Assembly (NCBI GenBank): GCA_036834025.1
Contig: DAITOS010000001.1
Location: forward strand, 80,666 to 144,665
Direction of reading: 5' to 3'
Origin: Limnohabitans sp.
Lineage (GTDB): Bacteria > Pseudomonadota > Gammaproteobacteria > Burkholderiales > Burkholderiaceae_C
Length of the DNA: 64,000 bases
In this document: positions 29,914 to 42,319 of the stretch, piece by piece
Position numbering within the stretch: position 1 is the stretch's first letter
Layout of the letters: each line of letters starts with the position of its first letter
Made by a program: the position numbers and the translations under genes
The notes under the pieces: generated by a model
Seen by the model: only the letters and a program-made list of their open reading frames with translations
The model's database searches: none
What the model was told of the DNA's origin: nothing

Positions 29914-30750
29914 ATGCTATTTACCGAGATGCTTGAGGATTCATTTATAAAAAATGATTCTATGTTATGTGTAGGGCTTGATCCAGATCCAAAGAAGTTT
30001 CCTGCAATATTTCAAGATAAAAAAGATTCAATTTTTGAATTCTGCTCACGCATCGTGGACGCCACGTATGACACAGTCATAGCCTATAAGCCACAGATCG
30101 CTTACTTTAGTTCCAACCGCGCAGAGGAGCAACTTGAGCGTTTAATTAATCACATAAAAAAAGTTGCGCCAACAGTGCCCATAATTTTGGATGCAAAAAG
30201 AGGAGACATTGGGGCGACCTCTGAACAATACGCATTAGAAGCTTTTGAGAGATACGGCGCTGACGCTGTGACTCTTTCACCGTTTATGGGCTTTGACTCC
30301 GTTGAGCCATATCTAAGATACCCCGGTAAAGGAGTGTTCTTATTATGTCGAACCTCTAATCCTGGTGGGGATGATTTTCAAAATCAAAGGCTTAGCCAGC
30401 TCGCAGGTTCTCCCTATTTGTATGAGCATATTGCCGAACTTGCTCAAAACAAATGGAATACTAATGGACAACTGGGTTTGGTGGTTGGGGCGACATATCC
30501 TAAAGAAATTGAAAATGTCAGACGCGTTGCGCCCGGACTTCCCCTATTAATTCCTGGCATTGGTGCCCAGGGCGGCGACGCAATCGCAACGGTCCGGGCA
30601 GCGCGGACTTCTACAAAGGGGGCGCATGCTGTGATTAATTCTTCACGTGCAATTTTGTATGCAAGCTCGGACAAAGATTTTGACAAAGCCGCTCGAGACA
30701 AAGCGATAGAGACAAAAAACCTGCTCAATTCAGCTTTAAATCTTGCTTAA
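29914..30750 (+). CDS. pyrF: orotidine-5'-phosphate decarboxylase (type 2)
   Basis: 278-aa ORF with CVGLDPD, ILDAKRGDIG and PGIGAQGG. Confidence 0.9.
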   Translation: MLFTEMLEDSFIKNDSMLCVGLDPDPKKFPAIFQDKKDSIFEFCSRIVDATYDTVIAYKPQIAYFSSNRAEEQLERLINHIKKVAPTVPIILDAKRGDIGATSEQYALEAFERYGADAVTLSPFMGFDSVEPYLRYPGKGVFLLCRTSNPGGDDFQNQRLSQLAGSPYLYEHIAELAQNKWNTNGQLGLVVGATYPKEIENVRRVAPGLPLLIPGIGAQGGDAIATVRAARTSTKGAHAVINSSRAILYASSDKDFDKAARDKAIETKNLLNSALNLA

Positions 30751-30775
30751 TTTGCTCGGTAATTGAGGGTGGGGG

Positions 30776-33700
30776 TTATGCGCGATGATTCATTACTTTT
30801 TTCAAATAAGCCCCAGTGAATCCAACTTCTTGATCAGCCACATGCTCTGGCGTACCCGCTGCTACAACTTGCCCTCCGCCGTCCCCGCCCTCGGGGCCCA
30901 TATCGATAATCCAATCAGCAGTTTTTATGACATCCAAATTGTGCTCAATCACAACTACTGTATTTCCTGCATCAACCAATTGATGCAAAACTTTAAGTAA
31001 CAAGTCGATATCTGCAAAATGAAGTCCAGTTGTCGGCTCATCCAAAATATAGAGGGTACGACCGGTATCTCTTTTTGACAACTCAAGCGCCAATTTCACC
31101 CGTTGAGCCTCGCCCCCTGAAAGCGTGGTTGCAGACTGTCCAAGTTTTAAATAACTTAGGCCAACGTCAACTAAGGTTTGAAGCTTTCTAGCAAGGGTTG
31201 GTACTGCTTTAAAAAATGCAAAAGCATCCTCGACAGTTAGGTCTAATATTTGAGCTACATTTTTCCCTTTGTACTGAACCTCTAAAGTTTCACGGTTGTA
31301 GCGCTTGCCTTTGCACAGATCACAGGGAACGTAAACGTCAGGTAAAAAATGCATTTCTACTTTAACTACTCCGTCTCCTTGACACGCCTCACACCGCCCC
31401 CCAGCCACATTAAATGAAAAACGGCCAGCTTCATAACCCCGCTCTCTTGCTATCGGAACCTCAGCCATCAACTCTCTGATTGGGGTAAAGAGTCCCGTAT
31501 ATGTCGCAGGGTTGCTCCTAGGAGTTCTGCCAATGGGGCTTTGGTCCACATTTATAACTTTGTCGAAATGCTCAAGGCCAAGAATTTCTGTATGAGAGGC
31601 AGGCTCTGCATGGGCGTGATGGATTTGAGCGGCGGCTGCTGTGTAAAGCGTATCGTTCACAAGTGTGGACTTACCCGAGCCAGAAACTCCAGTAACGCAC
31701 GTAAAAAGACCGACGGGGAATTCCACATCTATATTTTTTAGATTATTTCCCTTTGCTCCGATGATTTTAAATGATTGAAGATCAAGTGAGGACTGATTTG
31801 AATTGGAAGCAAGTTTTGCAAAAGGATTAACATGATTAACTGGTTTGTTCATTTGCGCTTTTGAGTTTGCTTTCAGCGCGGTCTCTTTTTTCACTTGCGG
31901 CAGCCAACTTCTCCGTCTTTTAGGGACTGATATTTGCAGAGTTCCTGACAAATAGCGCCCAGTTAAAGAGTTTTCATTGGCTTTAATTTGAACGGGTGTC
32001 CCTTGTGCCATAACTCGTCCACCATGCACTCCAGCCCCTGGCCCCATGTCTATGCAGTAGTCTGAGGCAAGAATCATATCCTCATCATGCTCAACAACTA
32101 TAACGCTATTACCAATATCTCTTAAATGCGCAAGAGTCCCAATCAATCTATCGTTGTCTCTTTGGTGTAGACCAATGCTTGGCTCATCAAGTACATACAT
32201 GACACCCGTGAGTCCCGAGCCAATTTGTGAAGCTAACCTTATCCTTTGAGCTTCTCCACCAGATAGTGTCTCCGCACTTCTGGCAAGACTTAAATAGTTA
32301 AGCCCAACATCGTTTAAAAATTTAAGTCTTGAAACTATCTCTTTAACGACCTTATCTGCAATTTCAGCCTTCGAGCCAGTGAGCTGAAGGGCCTGAAAAT
32401 ATTGCCACGAGTTTCCTAGGGTCATGTGGTTGATTTCATGAATCGTTCGCATTTGATCCGATTCACCAAGTCTGACAAAGCGCGCCTCTTTGCGAAGTCT
32501 GGTTCCTGCACAACCTACACAGGGCCTAAGCCCGCGAAATCGTGACAACTCCTCTTTTACGACAGAAGACTCGCTTTCCTTGTAGCGACGCTCCATATTG
32601 GGAATAACGCCTTCAAAAGGATGCCGCTTACTGGTTTTTCTTCCCTGTGGACTTAAATTTGAGGTTGTCCCAGTTTGGGTTGAGTAATTAAATTTAATTT
32701 CCTCATCTCCTGAGCCAAATAAGATGATCTTTTGGACAGCCTCACTCAACTCCTCAAACGGTGTGTCAACATCAAAGTTGTAATGAGCAGCAAGGCTTTG
32801 TAGCATTGAAAAAAATGACTGATTTCTTCTATCCCAACCTTTGATCGCACCGCTGGCCAAGCTGATGGAGGGAAACGCAACCACCCTGGAAACTTCAAAT
32901 GTTTCCTCTATCCCTAATCCCTCGCAATCAGGGCATGCACCCTGGGGAGAGTTGAAGGAGAACAATCGCGGTTCAAGCTCTGCTAGAGAGAAATTACAGA
33001 CTGGACATGCAAACTTTGCGTTAAAGGTCAGCTGCTGCTCGGTATCCATTTCTTTAACTGTAACCCTTCCATCAGCAAGTCTTAGCGCCGTTTCAATGCT
33101 CTCTGCAAGTCGTTGTTTAATATCCTCGCGAACTTTCAGTCTATCTATAACTACATCTAAATCGTGTTTTTCATTTTTCTTGAGGGCCTGCAACTCCGAG
33201 ATCTCAAGAATTTGTCCATCCACGCGAAAGCGCACAAATCCTTGTGCCTGCATGTCTTTGAAGACCTCCTCAAACTCGCCCTTTCTACCCCGAACTATGG
33301 GTGCAAGAATCATGATCTTGGTATCTTCCGGCATTTCAAGTACCGCGTCCACCATTTGTGCCACACTAAATGCGCGAAGAGCGGTGCCGTGCTCTGGGCA
33401 GTGAGGGGTACCTGCTCTAGCAAACAGCAATCGTAAATAGTCATGAATTTCCGTAACGGTCCCAACCGTAGATCTTGGGTTGTGGCTTGCGGCTTTTTGC
33501 TCTATGGCAATCGCAGGAGAGAGTCCTTCGATAACATCCACATCGGGCTTGTCCATGCGTTGTAAAAACTGTCTTGCGTACGCAGAGAGACTCTCCACGT
33601 AGCGTCTTTGTCCCTCTGCATATAGGGTGTCAAAAGCAAGACTTGATTTACCTGAACCCGATAAACCAGTAATAACTACCAATTGATTGCGAGGAATATC

Positions 33701-33796
33701 AAGATCAATATTTTTTAAGTTGTGCGTTCGCACGCCTCTTAAGCTGATTGTTCCTAAATGTTGGGCCAAATATGCGCCGTCTTTGGGTGCGTTCAC
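30776..33796 (-). CDS. uvrA: excinuclease ABC subunit A
   Basis: 1006-aa ORF with two ABC modules ([20 protein letters not shown], two LSGGE signatures) and zinc modules ([18 protein letters not shown]). Confidence 0.97.
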   Translation of the reverse strand: MNAPKDGAYLAQHLGTISLRGVRTHNLKNIDLDIPRNQLVVITGLSGSGKSSLAFDTLYAEGQRRYVESLSAYARQFLQRMDKPDVDVIEGLSPAIAIEQKAASHNPRSTVGTVTEIHDYLRLLFARAGTPHCPEHGTALRAFSVAQMVDAVLEMPEDTKIMILAPIVRGRKGEFEEVFKDMQAQGFVRFRVDGQILEISELQALKKNEKHDLDVVIDRLKVREDIKQRLAESIETALRLADGRVTVKEMDTEQQLTFNAKFACPVCNFSLAELEPRLFSFNSPQGACPDCEGLGIEETFEVSRVVAFPSISLASGAIKGWDRRNQSFFSMLQSLAAHYNFDVDTPFEELSEAVQKIILFGSGDEEIKFNYSTQTGTTSNLSPQGRKTSKRHPFEGVIPNMERRYKESESSVVKEELSRFRGLRPCVGCAGTRLRKEARFVRLGESDQMRTIHEINHMTLGNSWQYFQALQLTGSKAEIADKVVKEIVSRLKFLNDVGLNYLSLARSAETLSGGEAQRIRLASQIGSGLTGVMYVLDEPSIGLHQRDNDRLIGTLAHLRDIGNSVIVVEHDEDMILASDYCIDMGPGAGVHGGRVMAQGTPVQIKANENSLTGRYLSGTLQISVPKRRRSWLPQVKKETALKANSKAQMNKPVNHVNPFAKLASNSNQSSLDLQSFKIIGAKGNNLKNIDVEFPVGLFTCVTGVSGSGKSTLVNDTLYTAAAAQIHHAHAEPASHTEILGLEHFDKVINVDQSPIGRTPRSNPATYTGLFTPIRELMAEVPIARERGYEAGRFSFNVAGGRCEACQGDGVVKVEMHFLPDVYVPCDLCKGKRYNRETLEVQYKGKNVAQILDLTVEDAFAFFKAVPTLARKLQTLVDVGLSYLKLGQSATTLSGGEAQRVKLALELSKRDTGRTLYILDEPTTGLHFADIDLLLKVLHQLVDAGNTVVVIEHNLDVIKTADWIIDMGPEGGDGGGQVVAAGTPEHVADQEVGFTGAYLKKVMNHRA

Positions 33797-34041
33797 TTCT
33801 TAAATTTCTCTATTTATTCAAACTAAAAATACCCAATCTGGGCAACCTTCAATCATACTTAAGCAATGCACAATTTGATAGACATCGCCCCTACTTAATG
33901 AACATTAATTTAAGATTCTCTTAATTTTTCATGCTTTAGTATGATTTTTAAGTGAATTTGAGTCACTGTTGTTGCTCCGTTTTGAAAATTAGATTAACTA
34001 AGCCTTATGATTTATGATGTCATTGCATAAATATTACTAAA

Positions 34042-35067
34042 GTGAAAAAATTAAAAATTTGTATTGTTGGCTGTGGAGCAATTGGGACTTGGTTAGGTGC
34101 TCACCTAGCAAATTCTCCTCAAGTTGAACTAAGTTGCATAGTTCGTTCTAACGCCGTAAGTGATATCAAACACTCAGGACTTCGAGTTGACTTTGAGTCG
34201 GCCCATGCCACATCCGTTATCGGACATCCCGTTTTTGTAACAAAAGACCCCCAGGATCTTGGCACACAAGATTGGATCATTGTTGCAATCAAAGCAACAG
34301 GCCTAGCTTCCCTGATATCTGAATTGCTGCCTCTCATCGGTGAGCATACTAGCATTTGGACTGCCATGAACGGTGTTCCCTGGTGGTTTACCAAAGGATT
34401 GACCGGTGCAGTATCCGATCATTCTTTTAAATCAATTGATCCGATGGGTTTTATAGAAAATTCAATCCCTCTCAAACACTGGGTAGGTGGTGTAGTCCAT
34501 GCAAGTTGCTCGCTGAAAGGGTCAGGACACGCATTGCATCATTTTGGCAAGGGTTTGATTGTTGGAGAGCCTGTTAATAAATTTGGGAATACAGAAAATG
34601 CTGAATTGTTAAGCCCTAGATCACAAGAGTTTACAAAATTACTTTGTAGTGTTGGATTTGAAGCGAAGGCAAGCAGCCACATTCAAAAAGACATTTGGTA
34701 CAAACTTTGGGGAAACATGACCATGAACCCCATCAGTGCATTAACCGGGGCAACCACTGACAAAATTTTAGACGACCCACTTGTGAATGCTTTCATAACT
34801 CAAATCATGCTTGAAGCCAAAAGCATTGGACAAGCAATTGGTTTGCCGATTGAACAATCCCCAGAGGACCGACATGCAGTGACTCGCAAGCTTGGAGCCT
34901 TTAAAACCTCAATGCTTCAAGACCTAGAAAACCTTCGCCCTGTTGAATTGGATGTTTTGTTAAACGCAGTTTTGGAACTTGCGACTTGCGTAAATGTACC
35001 AACTCCTTTTACGAATGCGTTAATGGGATTGTCAAGGGTACAAATGCAAGAACTGGGGCTTTATTGA
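34042..35067 (+). CDS. panE: 2-dehydropantoate 2-reductase
   Basis: 341-aa ORF with a GTG start. It has an N-terminal Rossmann motif IVGCGAIG and a ketopantoate-reductase-like C-terminal domain (KTSMLQD). Confidence 0.72.
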   Translation: MKKLKICIVGCGAIGTWLGAHLANSPQVELSCIVRSNAVSDIKHSGLRVDFESAHATSVIGHPVFVTKDPQDLGTQDWIIVAIKATGLASLISELLPLIGEHTSIWTAMNGVPWWFTKGLTGAVSDHSFKSIDPMGFIENSIPLKHWVGGVVHASCSLKGSGHALHHFGKGLIVGEPVNKFGNTENAELLSPRSQEFTKLLCSVGFEAKASSHIQKDIWYKLWGNMTMNPISALTGATTDKILDDPLVNAFITQIMLEAKSIGQAIGLPIEQSPEDRHAVTRKLGAFKTSMLQDLENLRPVELDVLLNAVLELATCVNVPTPFTNALMGLSRVQMQELGLY

Positions 35068-35076
35068 AATGGTTGC

Positions 35077-36207
35077 TTACCCAATATCAATGTCCCTTTG
35101 AACTCTCACGCGTGGTGCCAGTGCACACATTAACTCATATCCAATTGTCCCAGCGTGAGCGGCAACCTCATCAATTGAAAGCTCTACCCCTTCACTGCTT
35201 TTTCCCCATAGGGTCACCTCAGCACCGACATCCACTGGCACGCCCTGCGCCAAACAAGGTGTCAGGTCAACAGTTAACATATCCATGCTGACGCGTCCAA
35301 AAATAGAACATCTTATTCGCCCCTGAATCAGTACCTGAGCGGCTGAGCCGACAACTCTTGGAAATCCGTCGGCGTATCCACAGGCAACGACCCCAATCAC
35401 CATATCTTTAGTTACAACGTGCTCTGCGCCGTACCCAACTCTATCTCCAACATGAACTTGTTGAATTGCAATTAATTGTGATCTAAGACTTTGCGCTGGC
35501 AATAATCCCCAATCTTTTGCGCTTTTATGTTGCGCATCTGGACTTGCACCGTATAAAGCAATACCCGGCCTAACCCAATCATCGGGAAAACCCTCTCCAG
35601 CCAACAAATCGGAATGGCCCAATACAACACCACTGTTACTCAGCGATCTCTCGCCTGGCAAATCTTGGGTTGCATGTTTAAATACGCTTAGCGTTTGCAA
35701 TACATCACTTGGTGACTCTGATCTTGCAAAGTGAGTTAACAATGAGATTTCTTCAACTTGGTGCATTGCGTTCAATCTCGTCCAAATAGACTTGTATCTT
35801 ATAGGGTCAAAACCCAGACGATTCATTCCTGAATTGAGTTTTAAAAAAACTCTGTGCCCCTGCTGAGTTTTGTGGGCAGCTAACATCTGAACTTGTGTCT
35901 CGTTGTGCACGGTATGCCATAAGCCGAGTCGAGAACACAACTCCAAATCCCTGGGATCGAAGACGCCTTCTAAAAGCAAAATAGGACCTCTCCATCCTAA
36001 ATCCCTTAATTTTTCGGCCTCCGCAATGTCTAATAATGCAAATCCATCAGCACCTCGTAATGCATCAAACACATGCTCGATACAATGTCCATAGGCATTT
36101 GCTTTTACAACAGCCCAAACCCTAGCGCTTGGGGCTTTGGAATTAATTAATTTCAAATTATGTTGCAAAGCAGCATAATGTATGACGGCATGAATGGGTC
36201 TGGACAT
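35077..36207 (-). CDS. alr: alanine racemase
   Basis: 376-aa ORF with the PLP-lysine motif AVVKANAYGHC, and VSMDMLTVD. Confidence 0.9.
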   Translation of the reverse strand: MSRPIHAVIHYAALQHNLKLINSKAPSARVWAVVKANAYGHCIEHVFDALRGADGFALLDIAEAEKLRDLGWRGPILLLEGVFDPRDLELCSRLGLWHTVHNETQVQMLAAHKTQQGHRVFLKLNSGMNRLGFDPIRYKSIWTRLNAMHQVEEISLLTHFARSESPSDVLQTLSVFKHATQDLPGERSLSNSGVVLGHSDLLAGEGFPDDWVRPGIALYGASPDAQHKSAKDWGLLPAQSLRSQLIAIQQVHVGDRVGYGAEHVVTKDMVIGVVACGYADGFPRVVGSAAQVLIQGRIRCSIFGRVSMDMLTVDLTPCLAQGVPVDVGAEVTLWGKSSEGVELSIDEVAAHAGTIGYELMCALAPRVRVQRDIDIG

Positions 36208-36340
36208 GTGAAAATATTGTGTAGGTCGTGTTATAACCTGATCTATTGAAATTTTAAAATCTTTATCTGTTAAAAGTTGTTTGCCTTGCTAAATAATTCT
36301 TATTCAATGCTTTTCTTGACTTATACCGCTTTTTAAACAA

Positions 36341-37639
36341 ATGAAACGCGGTTTTTATATCATTATGCTGGCGCAGTTTTTCAGCTCACTTGCTGATAAT
36401 GCTCTTTTCGTGGCCGCAGTGGAACTTCTTAAAGCTGACAACGGGCCTGAATGGACGCGTGCTGCTTTGGTACCCATGTTTGCTCTTTTTTACGTAATCT
36501 TGGCTCCTTTTGTTGGTGCGTTGGCAGACTCTAAACCCAAAGGGCAGATCATGTTTGTGAGCAATGGCGTAAAAGTCATCGGATGCTTAATGATGCTTTT
36601 TGGAGCATATCCCCTTGCCGCTTACGCAATCGTTGGACTTGGTGCCGCTGCTTACTCACCCGCTAAATATGGGCTCCTAACAGAGTTGCTACCCACCTCG
36701 CAACTTGTTAAGGCAAATGGTTGGATCGAAGGACTCACGATTGCTTCTATTATTTTGGGGGTTGTATTAGGCGGTCAATTGGTCGGAGGTCCTGTTTCAA
36801 CCTATTTGTTATCTTTTGATATCCCATTAATGGACACCGGAATCGATACGCCTGCAGAGGCTGCAATTCTAATTTTGATTTTTGTTTATGGATTAGCGGC
36901 TTGGTTTAATCGTCGCATCCCGCTGACCCTTGCCGTGATGAGGCCTTTCAAACAAAATCCAAACCATTCTCATTTGACTAACCTTATTGCTTTAATCCAA
37001 GATTTTTGGAATTGCAATTCAAGATTGTGGGCCGATAAATTAGGTCAAATTTCTCTTTCTACCACCACACTTTTTTGGGGCGTTAGTGGAAATCTAAGAT
37101 ACATGGTTTTGGCCTGGAGTGCGGTCGCGTTGAGTTACTCCACAGTGCAGTCCGCCTCATTGGTCGGTGTGGTCGCAATTGGAACTGCTGTAGGTGCGCT
37201 GATTGCATCTTTAAAAGTCAGACTAGATCATGCCACACAAGTTATTCCTTTGGGTATTGCAATGGGGTTGTTGGTGTTGGGAATGAACTTTATTACCAAC
37301 GTTTGGATTGCCATTCCGTTTCTTATTTTCTTGGGGGGACTGGGCGGTTATATGGTTGTACCGATGAATGCATTGCTCCAACACAGAGGCCACCATTTAA
37401 TGGGAGCCGGTAGGTCCATTGCTGTTCAAAACTTCAATGAACAGGTCTGCATATTGACTCTCGGTGGTTTGTACGCATTCTCAACCAGTATGGGTATGTC
37501 AGCATTTGGCGCGATTAGTTGCTTTGGTATTTTAGTAACTATTATGATGTGGCTTATCTATAGATGGCACCTGTACAACCACAAGCACCATCGACACGAA
37601 TTGGCCACGTTACTGGTTAGCACTAGACATGACGACTAA
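36341..37639 (+). CDS. lplT: MFS transporter, lysophospholipid transporter LplT-like
   Basis: 432-aa 12-TM ORF. Its N-terminus IIMLAQFFSSLADNALF resembles LplT. The 3' end overlaps glcF by 4 nt (convergent). Confidence 0.6.
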   Translation: MKRGFYIIMLAQFFSSLADNALFVAAVELLKADNGPEWTRAALVPMFALFYVILAPFVGALADSKPKGQIMFVSNGVKVIGCLMMLFGAYPLAAYAIVGLGAAAYSPAKYGLLTELLPTSQLVKANGWIEGLTIASIILGVVLGGQLVGGPVSTYLLSFDIPLMDTGIDTPAEAAILILIFVYGLAAWFNRRIPLTLAVMRPFKQNPNHSHLTNLIALIQDFWNCNSRLWADKLGQISLSTTTLFWGVSGNLRYMVLAWSAVALSYSTVQSASLVGVVAIGTAVGALIASLKVRLDHATQVIPLGIAMGLLVLGMNFITNVWIAIPFLIFLGGLGGYMVVPMNALLQHRGHHLMGAGRSIAVQNFNEQVCILTLGGLYAFSTSMGMSAFGAISCFGILVTIMMWLIYRWHLYNHKHHRHELATLLVSTRHDD

Positions 37640-38937
37640 CCTAAACAATCATCGATCAACTCTATCCAATGATTAACTGGAAGTTCTGTTCCACTTTGTA
37701 GCTGGGTAATACAACCAATATTGGCACTCAATATTGCTTTTGGCTTTAGACTCTCCAAATGTCCTAATTTCCTAGACTTCAGGTTGTTTGCAATTTCCGG
37801 GTTCAAAACAGAATAAGTCCCTGCGGATCCGCAACATAAATGTGCCTCTTGGTTAGTTATCTTCAAATCAAATCCCAAATAACCGATGACATTTTGAACA
37901 TTGTCTTTTAGTTTTTGGCCATGCTGCAAAGTGCACGGCGGATGATAGGCTTGTAAACCTTGCTGTTTAATTTTTGTTGCGTCTAGCTTTTGCTTTAAAG
38001 CTCTAAGTTGCTCTGGTCTAGACTCCATCCACTCAGACAAGTCTAGGGTTGAAGCAGCAACCTTAGAAGCCTTAATTGAGTATTTCGCGTCATGAGCCAG
38101 GAGATGTCCATATTCTTTTACGCTCACACCGCATCCCGAAGCGGTCATCACCAAAGCCTCAACACCGCCCTCCAAAAGGGGCCACCATGCATCAATATTT
38201 CTACGCATTTGGTCCAAGGCCTCTTCCTGAGCATTTAGGTGATGTGAGAGTGCACCACAACAGCCGGCACCTTGTGCATAAAGCACTTGAACGCCCATGG
38301 CGCCTAATACCCTAGCTGTTGCCAAATTTATATTGGGCGCCATTGAGGGTTGAACACAACCTGCCAACAACAACACACGGCCTTCATGTTGATTAAACCC
38401 GGACGAGAAACTCTTATTCGACTCAAGTTGACCCAAATCACTCACCAGTGGGATTGTTGTATTGTGATGATTTGCCTTGAGTATTGGAACTTTTACTTTT
38501 ATAAATTGAGGTAAAAATGGACGAACAAACTGTCCTAGCCGCATGGCCACACCAAACAAAGGGGAGGTCAATGAGACACGAAGAGAGTGTCTTATTATTT
38601 TTTGGTGCCAAGGTCTTTTAACTTTGCTCTCTACGATCTCTCTTCCTATGTCCAACAAACGACCATACTGAACCCCACTGGGGCAAGTTGTTTCACAATT
38701 TCTACAGGTAAGACAACGATCCAAATGCAATTGGGTCTTCTCTGTGGGTTCTGCGCCCTCCAGTGTTTGTTTGATCAAATAAATTCTTCCCCTTGGTCCA
38801 TCTAGCTCGTCCCCCAATATTTGATATGTTGGACAGGTCGCGGTACAAAAGCCACAATGAACGCATTTGCGTAATATGCTTTCAGCCTCTTCGCCTTGAG
38901 GGGTGTTCAAAAACTCTGGAGCTAAGTTGGTCTGCAT
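37636..38937 (-). CDS. glcF: glycolate oxidase iron-sulfur subunit
   Basis: 433-aa ORF with two 4Fe-4S motifs (CVHCGFCTATCP, CLTCRNCETTCP) and CCG domains. Confidence 0.85.
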   Translation of the reverse strand: MQTNLAPEFLNTPQGEEAESILRKCVHCGFCTATCPTYQILGDELDGPRGRIYLIKQTLEGAEPTEKTQLHLDRCLTCRNCETTCPSGVQYGRLLDIGREIVESKVKRPWHQKIIRHSLRVSLTSPLFGVAMRLGQFVRPFLPQFIKVKVPILKANHHNTTIPLVSDLGQLESNKSFSSGFNQHEGRVLLLAGCVQPSMAPNINLATARVLGAMGVQVLYAQGAGCCGALSHHLNAQEEALDQMRRNIDAWWPLLEGGVEALVMTASGCGVSVKEYGHLLAHDAKYSIKASKVAASTLDLSEWMESRPEQLRALKQKLDATKIKQQGLQAYHPPCTLQHGQKLKDNVQNVIGYLGFDLKITNQEAHLCCGSAGTYSVLNPEIANNLKSRKLGHLESLKPKAILSANIGCITQLQSGTELPVNHWIELIDDCLG

Positions 38938-38965
38938 AAATATTTATTTGTTATAAAACGCTCTT

Positions 38966-40171
38966 TCAACCCAGGCGTTGTGTATTAAATAATCCCCAAG
39001 GATCAAACTCAATTTGAATTGCCTTTTGTATTCGCTGTTGAGGCGGCGTAAGCTTAGGAAAAACGCCAGAATGTTTTTGGTCAGCGCCCTCGTTTTGACT
39101 TGTTCGCCACAATACAGCGGATCCCCCCAGCTCAGCTGCAACAGATTGAATTTTGTCTTTTAGCTCGACTGGAGCCCAAAACCAGCGCTGCGCAGCGTTC
39201 CATTCAAAGGCTTGAGGTTTTATTGAAGTGATTCCTGGAATCTTTATTTCTGGTGTGGTCGTGGGAACCGAAAGTCTCCATAAACAATCCTCTTGGCTAG
39301 GTGGATTAACAAAAAATTGAGCTGTTTGGTTTTTAAATCCATACCAAAATTTCTGCGCTTGATGCGCGTCGATGTCAGTTGAATGTAAGTTCTCTAATGC
39401 ACATTGTTTTGCAATCCATTGCCCTCCAGCTTGAACTGCAGCGATAGCACCCCGCAACCGAATGCTCAAACTTGGAACACCTGATTGCATGGCCCGTAAC
39501 TCCCAAGCACTTGCATTTAAAGGCACAGCAGTTTGGCCCCATTTTGATAAAAGCTGAATGGCTTTATCTTGCTCAACCTCTATTTCAATCGTTCGCTCCG
39601 CAAGTGCTTTAGGGAGCACCTTTAATGAAACCTCTGTGATTAAACCCAAGGTTCCCCAAGACCCACATAAAAGTCGAGAAACGTCATAGCCAGCGACGTT
39701 TTTCATGACTTGGCCACCAAATACCAACTCTTGAGCTCGACCATTGATCATCTTTAAGCCAAGAACGTAATCTCTTACCCCGCCCACGCTCGCTCTCGCA
39801 GGACCGCTGATGCCTGCCGCAACAACGCCGCCGATGGTGCTGGCGCCGTTAAAATTTGGGGATTCAAATGGTAAATATTGGCCTTTTTCCTCTAGTACGG
39901 CCTCAATTTCCAGAAGAGGGGTTCCGCTCAGAGCGGTGATATACAACTCACTAGGCTCATAGCTAAGAATTCCTTGATATGCACTGGTGGGCAGCGGAAC
40001 ACCTTTTAAGACTTCACCATAAAAATCTTTGCTGCCGCCCCCAACGACTCTAAACGGGGGATATGGCAAATCTTTTTTCAGTGAATCTGAAGAATTAAGT
40101 AGTGAAGCTTTGTGAGCTGCGTCTTTGATTATCTCTACAGTTTCGGTGCGTTTAAGGCTATCACTGCTCAT
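38966..40171 (-). CDS. glcE: glycolate oxidase FAD-binding subunit
   Basis: Contains GGQVMKNVAGYDVSRL and GTLGLITEVSLKVLP, as in GlcE. The ORF-track start at 40195 is TTG; the ATG at 40171 is preferred. Confidence 0.8.
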   Translation of the reverse strand: MSSDSLKRTETVEIIKDAAHKASLLNSSDSLKKDLPYPPFRVVGGGSKDFYGEVLKGVPLPTSAYQGILSYEPSELYITALSGTPLLEIEAVLEEKGQYLPFESPNFNGASTIGGVVAAGISGPARASVGGVRDYVLGLKMINGRAQELVFGGQVMKNVAGYDVSRLLCGSWGTLGLITEVSLKVLPKALAERTIEIEVEQDKAIQLLSKWGQTAVPLNASAWELRAMQSGVPSLSIRLRGAIAAVQAGGQWIAKQCALENLHSTDIDAHQAQKFWYGFKNQTAQFFVNPPSQEDCLWRLSVPTTTPEIKIPGITSIKPQAFEWNAAQRWFWAPVELKDKIQSVAAELGGSAVLWRTSQNEGADQKHSGVFPKLTPPQQRIQKAIQIEFDPWGLFNTQRLG

Positions 40172-40250
40172 ATAGTTTTTAGTAATAAATAGCAATTAAG
40201 GCCATGCAATATCTACGAATATATACAACATTTTTGGGGACAAACACAGT

Positions 40251-40292
40251 GAAACTAAAACTCCTTTATCCACCCAGTGGGTGGATAAAAGA
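40251..40292 (-). terminator. rho-independent terminator after gapA
   Basis: On the minus strand, TCTTTTATCCACCC, loop ACT, then GGGTGGATAAAGGA form a 14-bp stem including one G-U pair. The stem is followed by GTTTTAGTTTC. Confidence 0.65.
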
Positions 40293-40300
40293 TTAGATAT

Positions 40301-41323
<1,023 letters not shown>

Positions 41324-41480
41324 TTACTAAGTTCTAAATTCAAGAGTCAAAGCTTTGCTGACTGACTTTTCATTTTTTTAAATGATTATTGAAGTTTTCA
41401 CACAATTTTCACATCACTATAAGCCTATTTTAGCCCTGGTTAATTTACACTGGCAAATTGATTAAATTTTTTCCACTAAT

Positions 41481-42254
41481 TTGTTGGATAACTCTTTGCA
41501 ACTTTCTAAGGTGATTTTGTTAGCCGCTGGACGCGGAGAGCGCATGCGTCCACTAACTGATACAACTCCAAAACCGCTCTTAACAGTAAATGGGGTTCCT
41601 TTGCTGTCGTACCACATTCGAGCTCTTGCAGACTCTGGGTACGGCAATGCCATTATCAACACCGCCTGGCTAGAAGATCAAATAATTTCTTACTACTCCT
41701 TATCTTCTTCAAATTCAACTTCCGAAGTGGCTGAGATTTTGAATAACTTCGAAATAACTTTCTCAAGAGAGGGTTCAGATTTCGGTTATGCGCTAGAAAC
41801 TGCAGGAGGAATCATCAGGACACTATCAAGACTTGAAAGATGTTTTTGGGCGATAGCAGGGGATATTTATGTTCCTGGATTTGATTTCCACCCCTCTCAT
41901 ATGGTCAAATTTGAGAATTCTCCCTACCTAGCGCATTTGTTTTTAGTTCCAAATCCGGCCCATAATCCGAGGGGAGACTTTGGGATAAGTGCCAATGGCG
42001 CTGCATTGAACTTGAACAAAGACTCTAAAGAAGAAATGTTCACTTATTCTTCAATAGGTCTATACAAAAAAACATTCTTCGAGCCGCCAATCAATACAAT
42101 AGCTGTTGGTAACGCTGAAGGGGTTAAGGTAGCTTTAGCCCCACTTTTAAGAACAGCAATGGATCTCGGCCTAGTTAGTGCAGAGTTATTGTTAAGTCCT
42201 TGGACCGATGTCGGTACCCCTTCAAGGTTACATCAGTTAAATACAGTAGATTAA
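41481..42254 (+). CDS. sugar-phosphate nucleotidyltransferase (MurU-like)
   Basis: Contains ILLAAGRGERMRPLTDTTPKPLL. The start is uncertain: TTG at 41481 or GTG at 41511. Confidence 0.6.
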   Translation: MLDNSLQLSKVILLAAGRGERMRPLTDTTPKPLLTVNGVPLLSYHIRALADSGYGNAIINTAWLEDQIISYYSLSSSNSTSEVAEILNNFEITFSREGSDFGYALETAGGIIRTLSRLERCFWAIAGDIYVPGFDFHPSHMVKFENSPYLAHLFLVPNPAHNPRGDFGISANGAALNLNKDSKEEMFTYSSIGLYKKTFFEPPINTIAVGNAEGVKVALAPLLRTAMDLGLVSAELLLSPWTDVGTPSRLHQLNTVD

Positions 42255-42319
42255 AAAGTGTTAATTAATATCCGTCGTTCAATCTTCAACTCCTTCAAAC
42301 AAGACATTAGGTTCTGACT

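Noticed and set aside
32841-33436. 187-aa and 90-aa plus-strand ORFs
   Set aside because: They are antisense within uvrA, and their Ser/Cys-rich translations are typical of shadow frames.
33966-33981. LexA-box-like CTGT-N8 motif in the uvrA-panE intergenic region
   Set aside because: The second half-site is CGTT, not ACAG. It also lies nearer panE than the uvrA promoter.
40265-40289. Inverted pair of DnaA-box-like 9-mers (TTATCCACC / GGTGGATAA, 8/9 match to TTATCCACA)
   Set aside because: It forms a 14-bp hairpin followed by a U-tract right after the gapA stop, so an intrinsic terminator explains it. There are no additional DnaA boxes or AT-rich unwinding element nearby, so it is not an origin.
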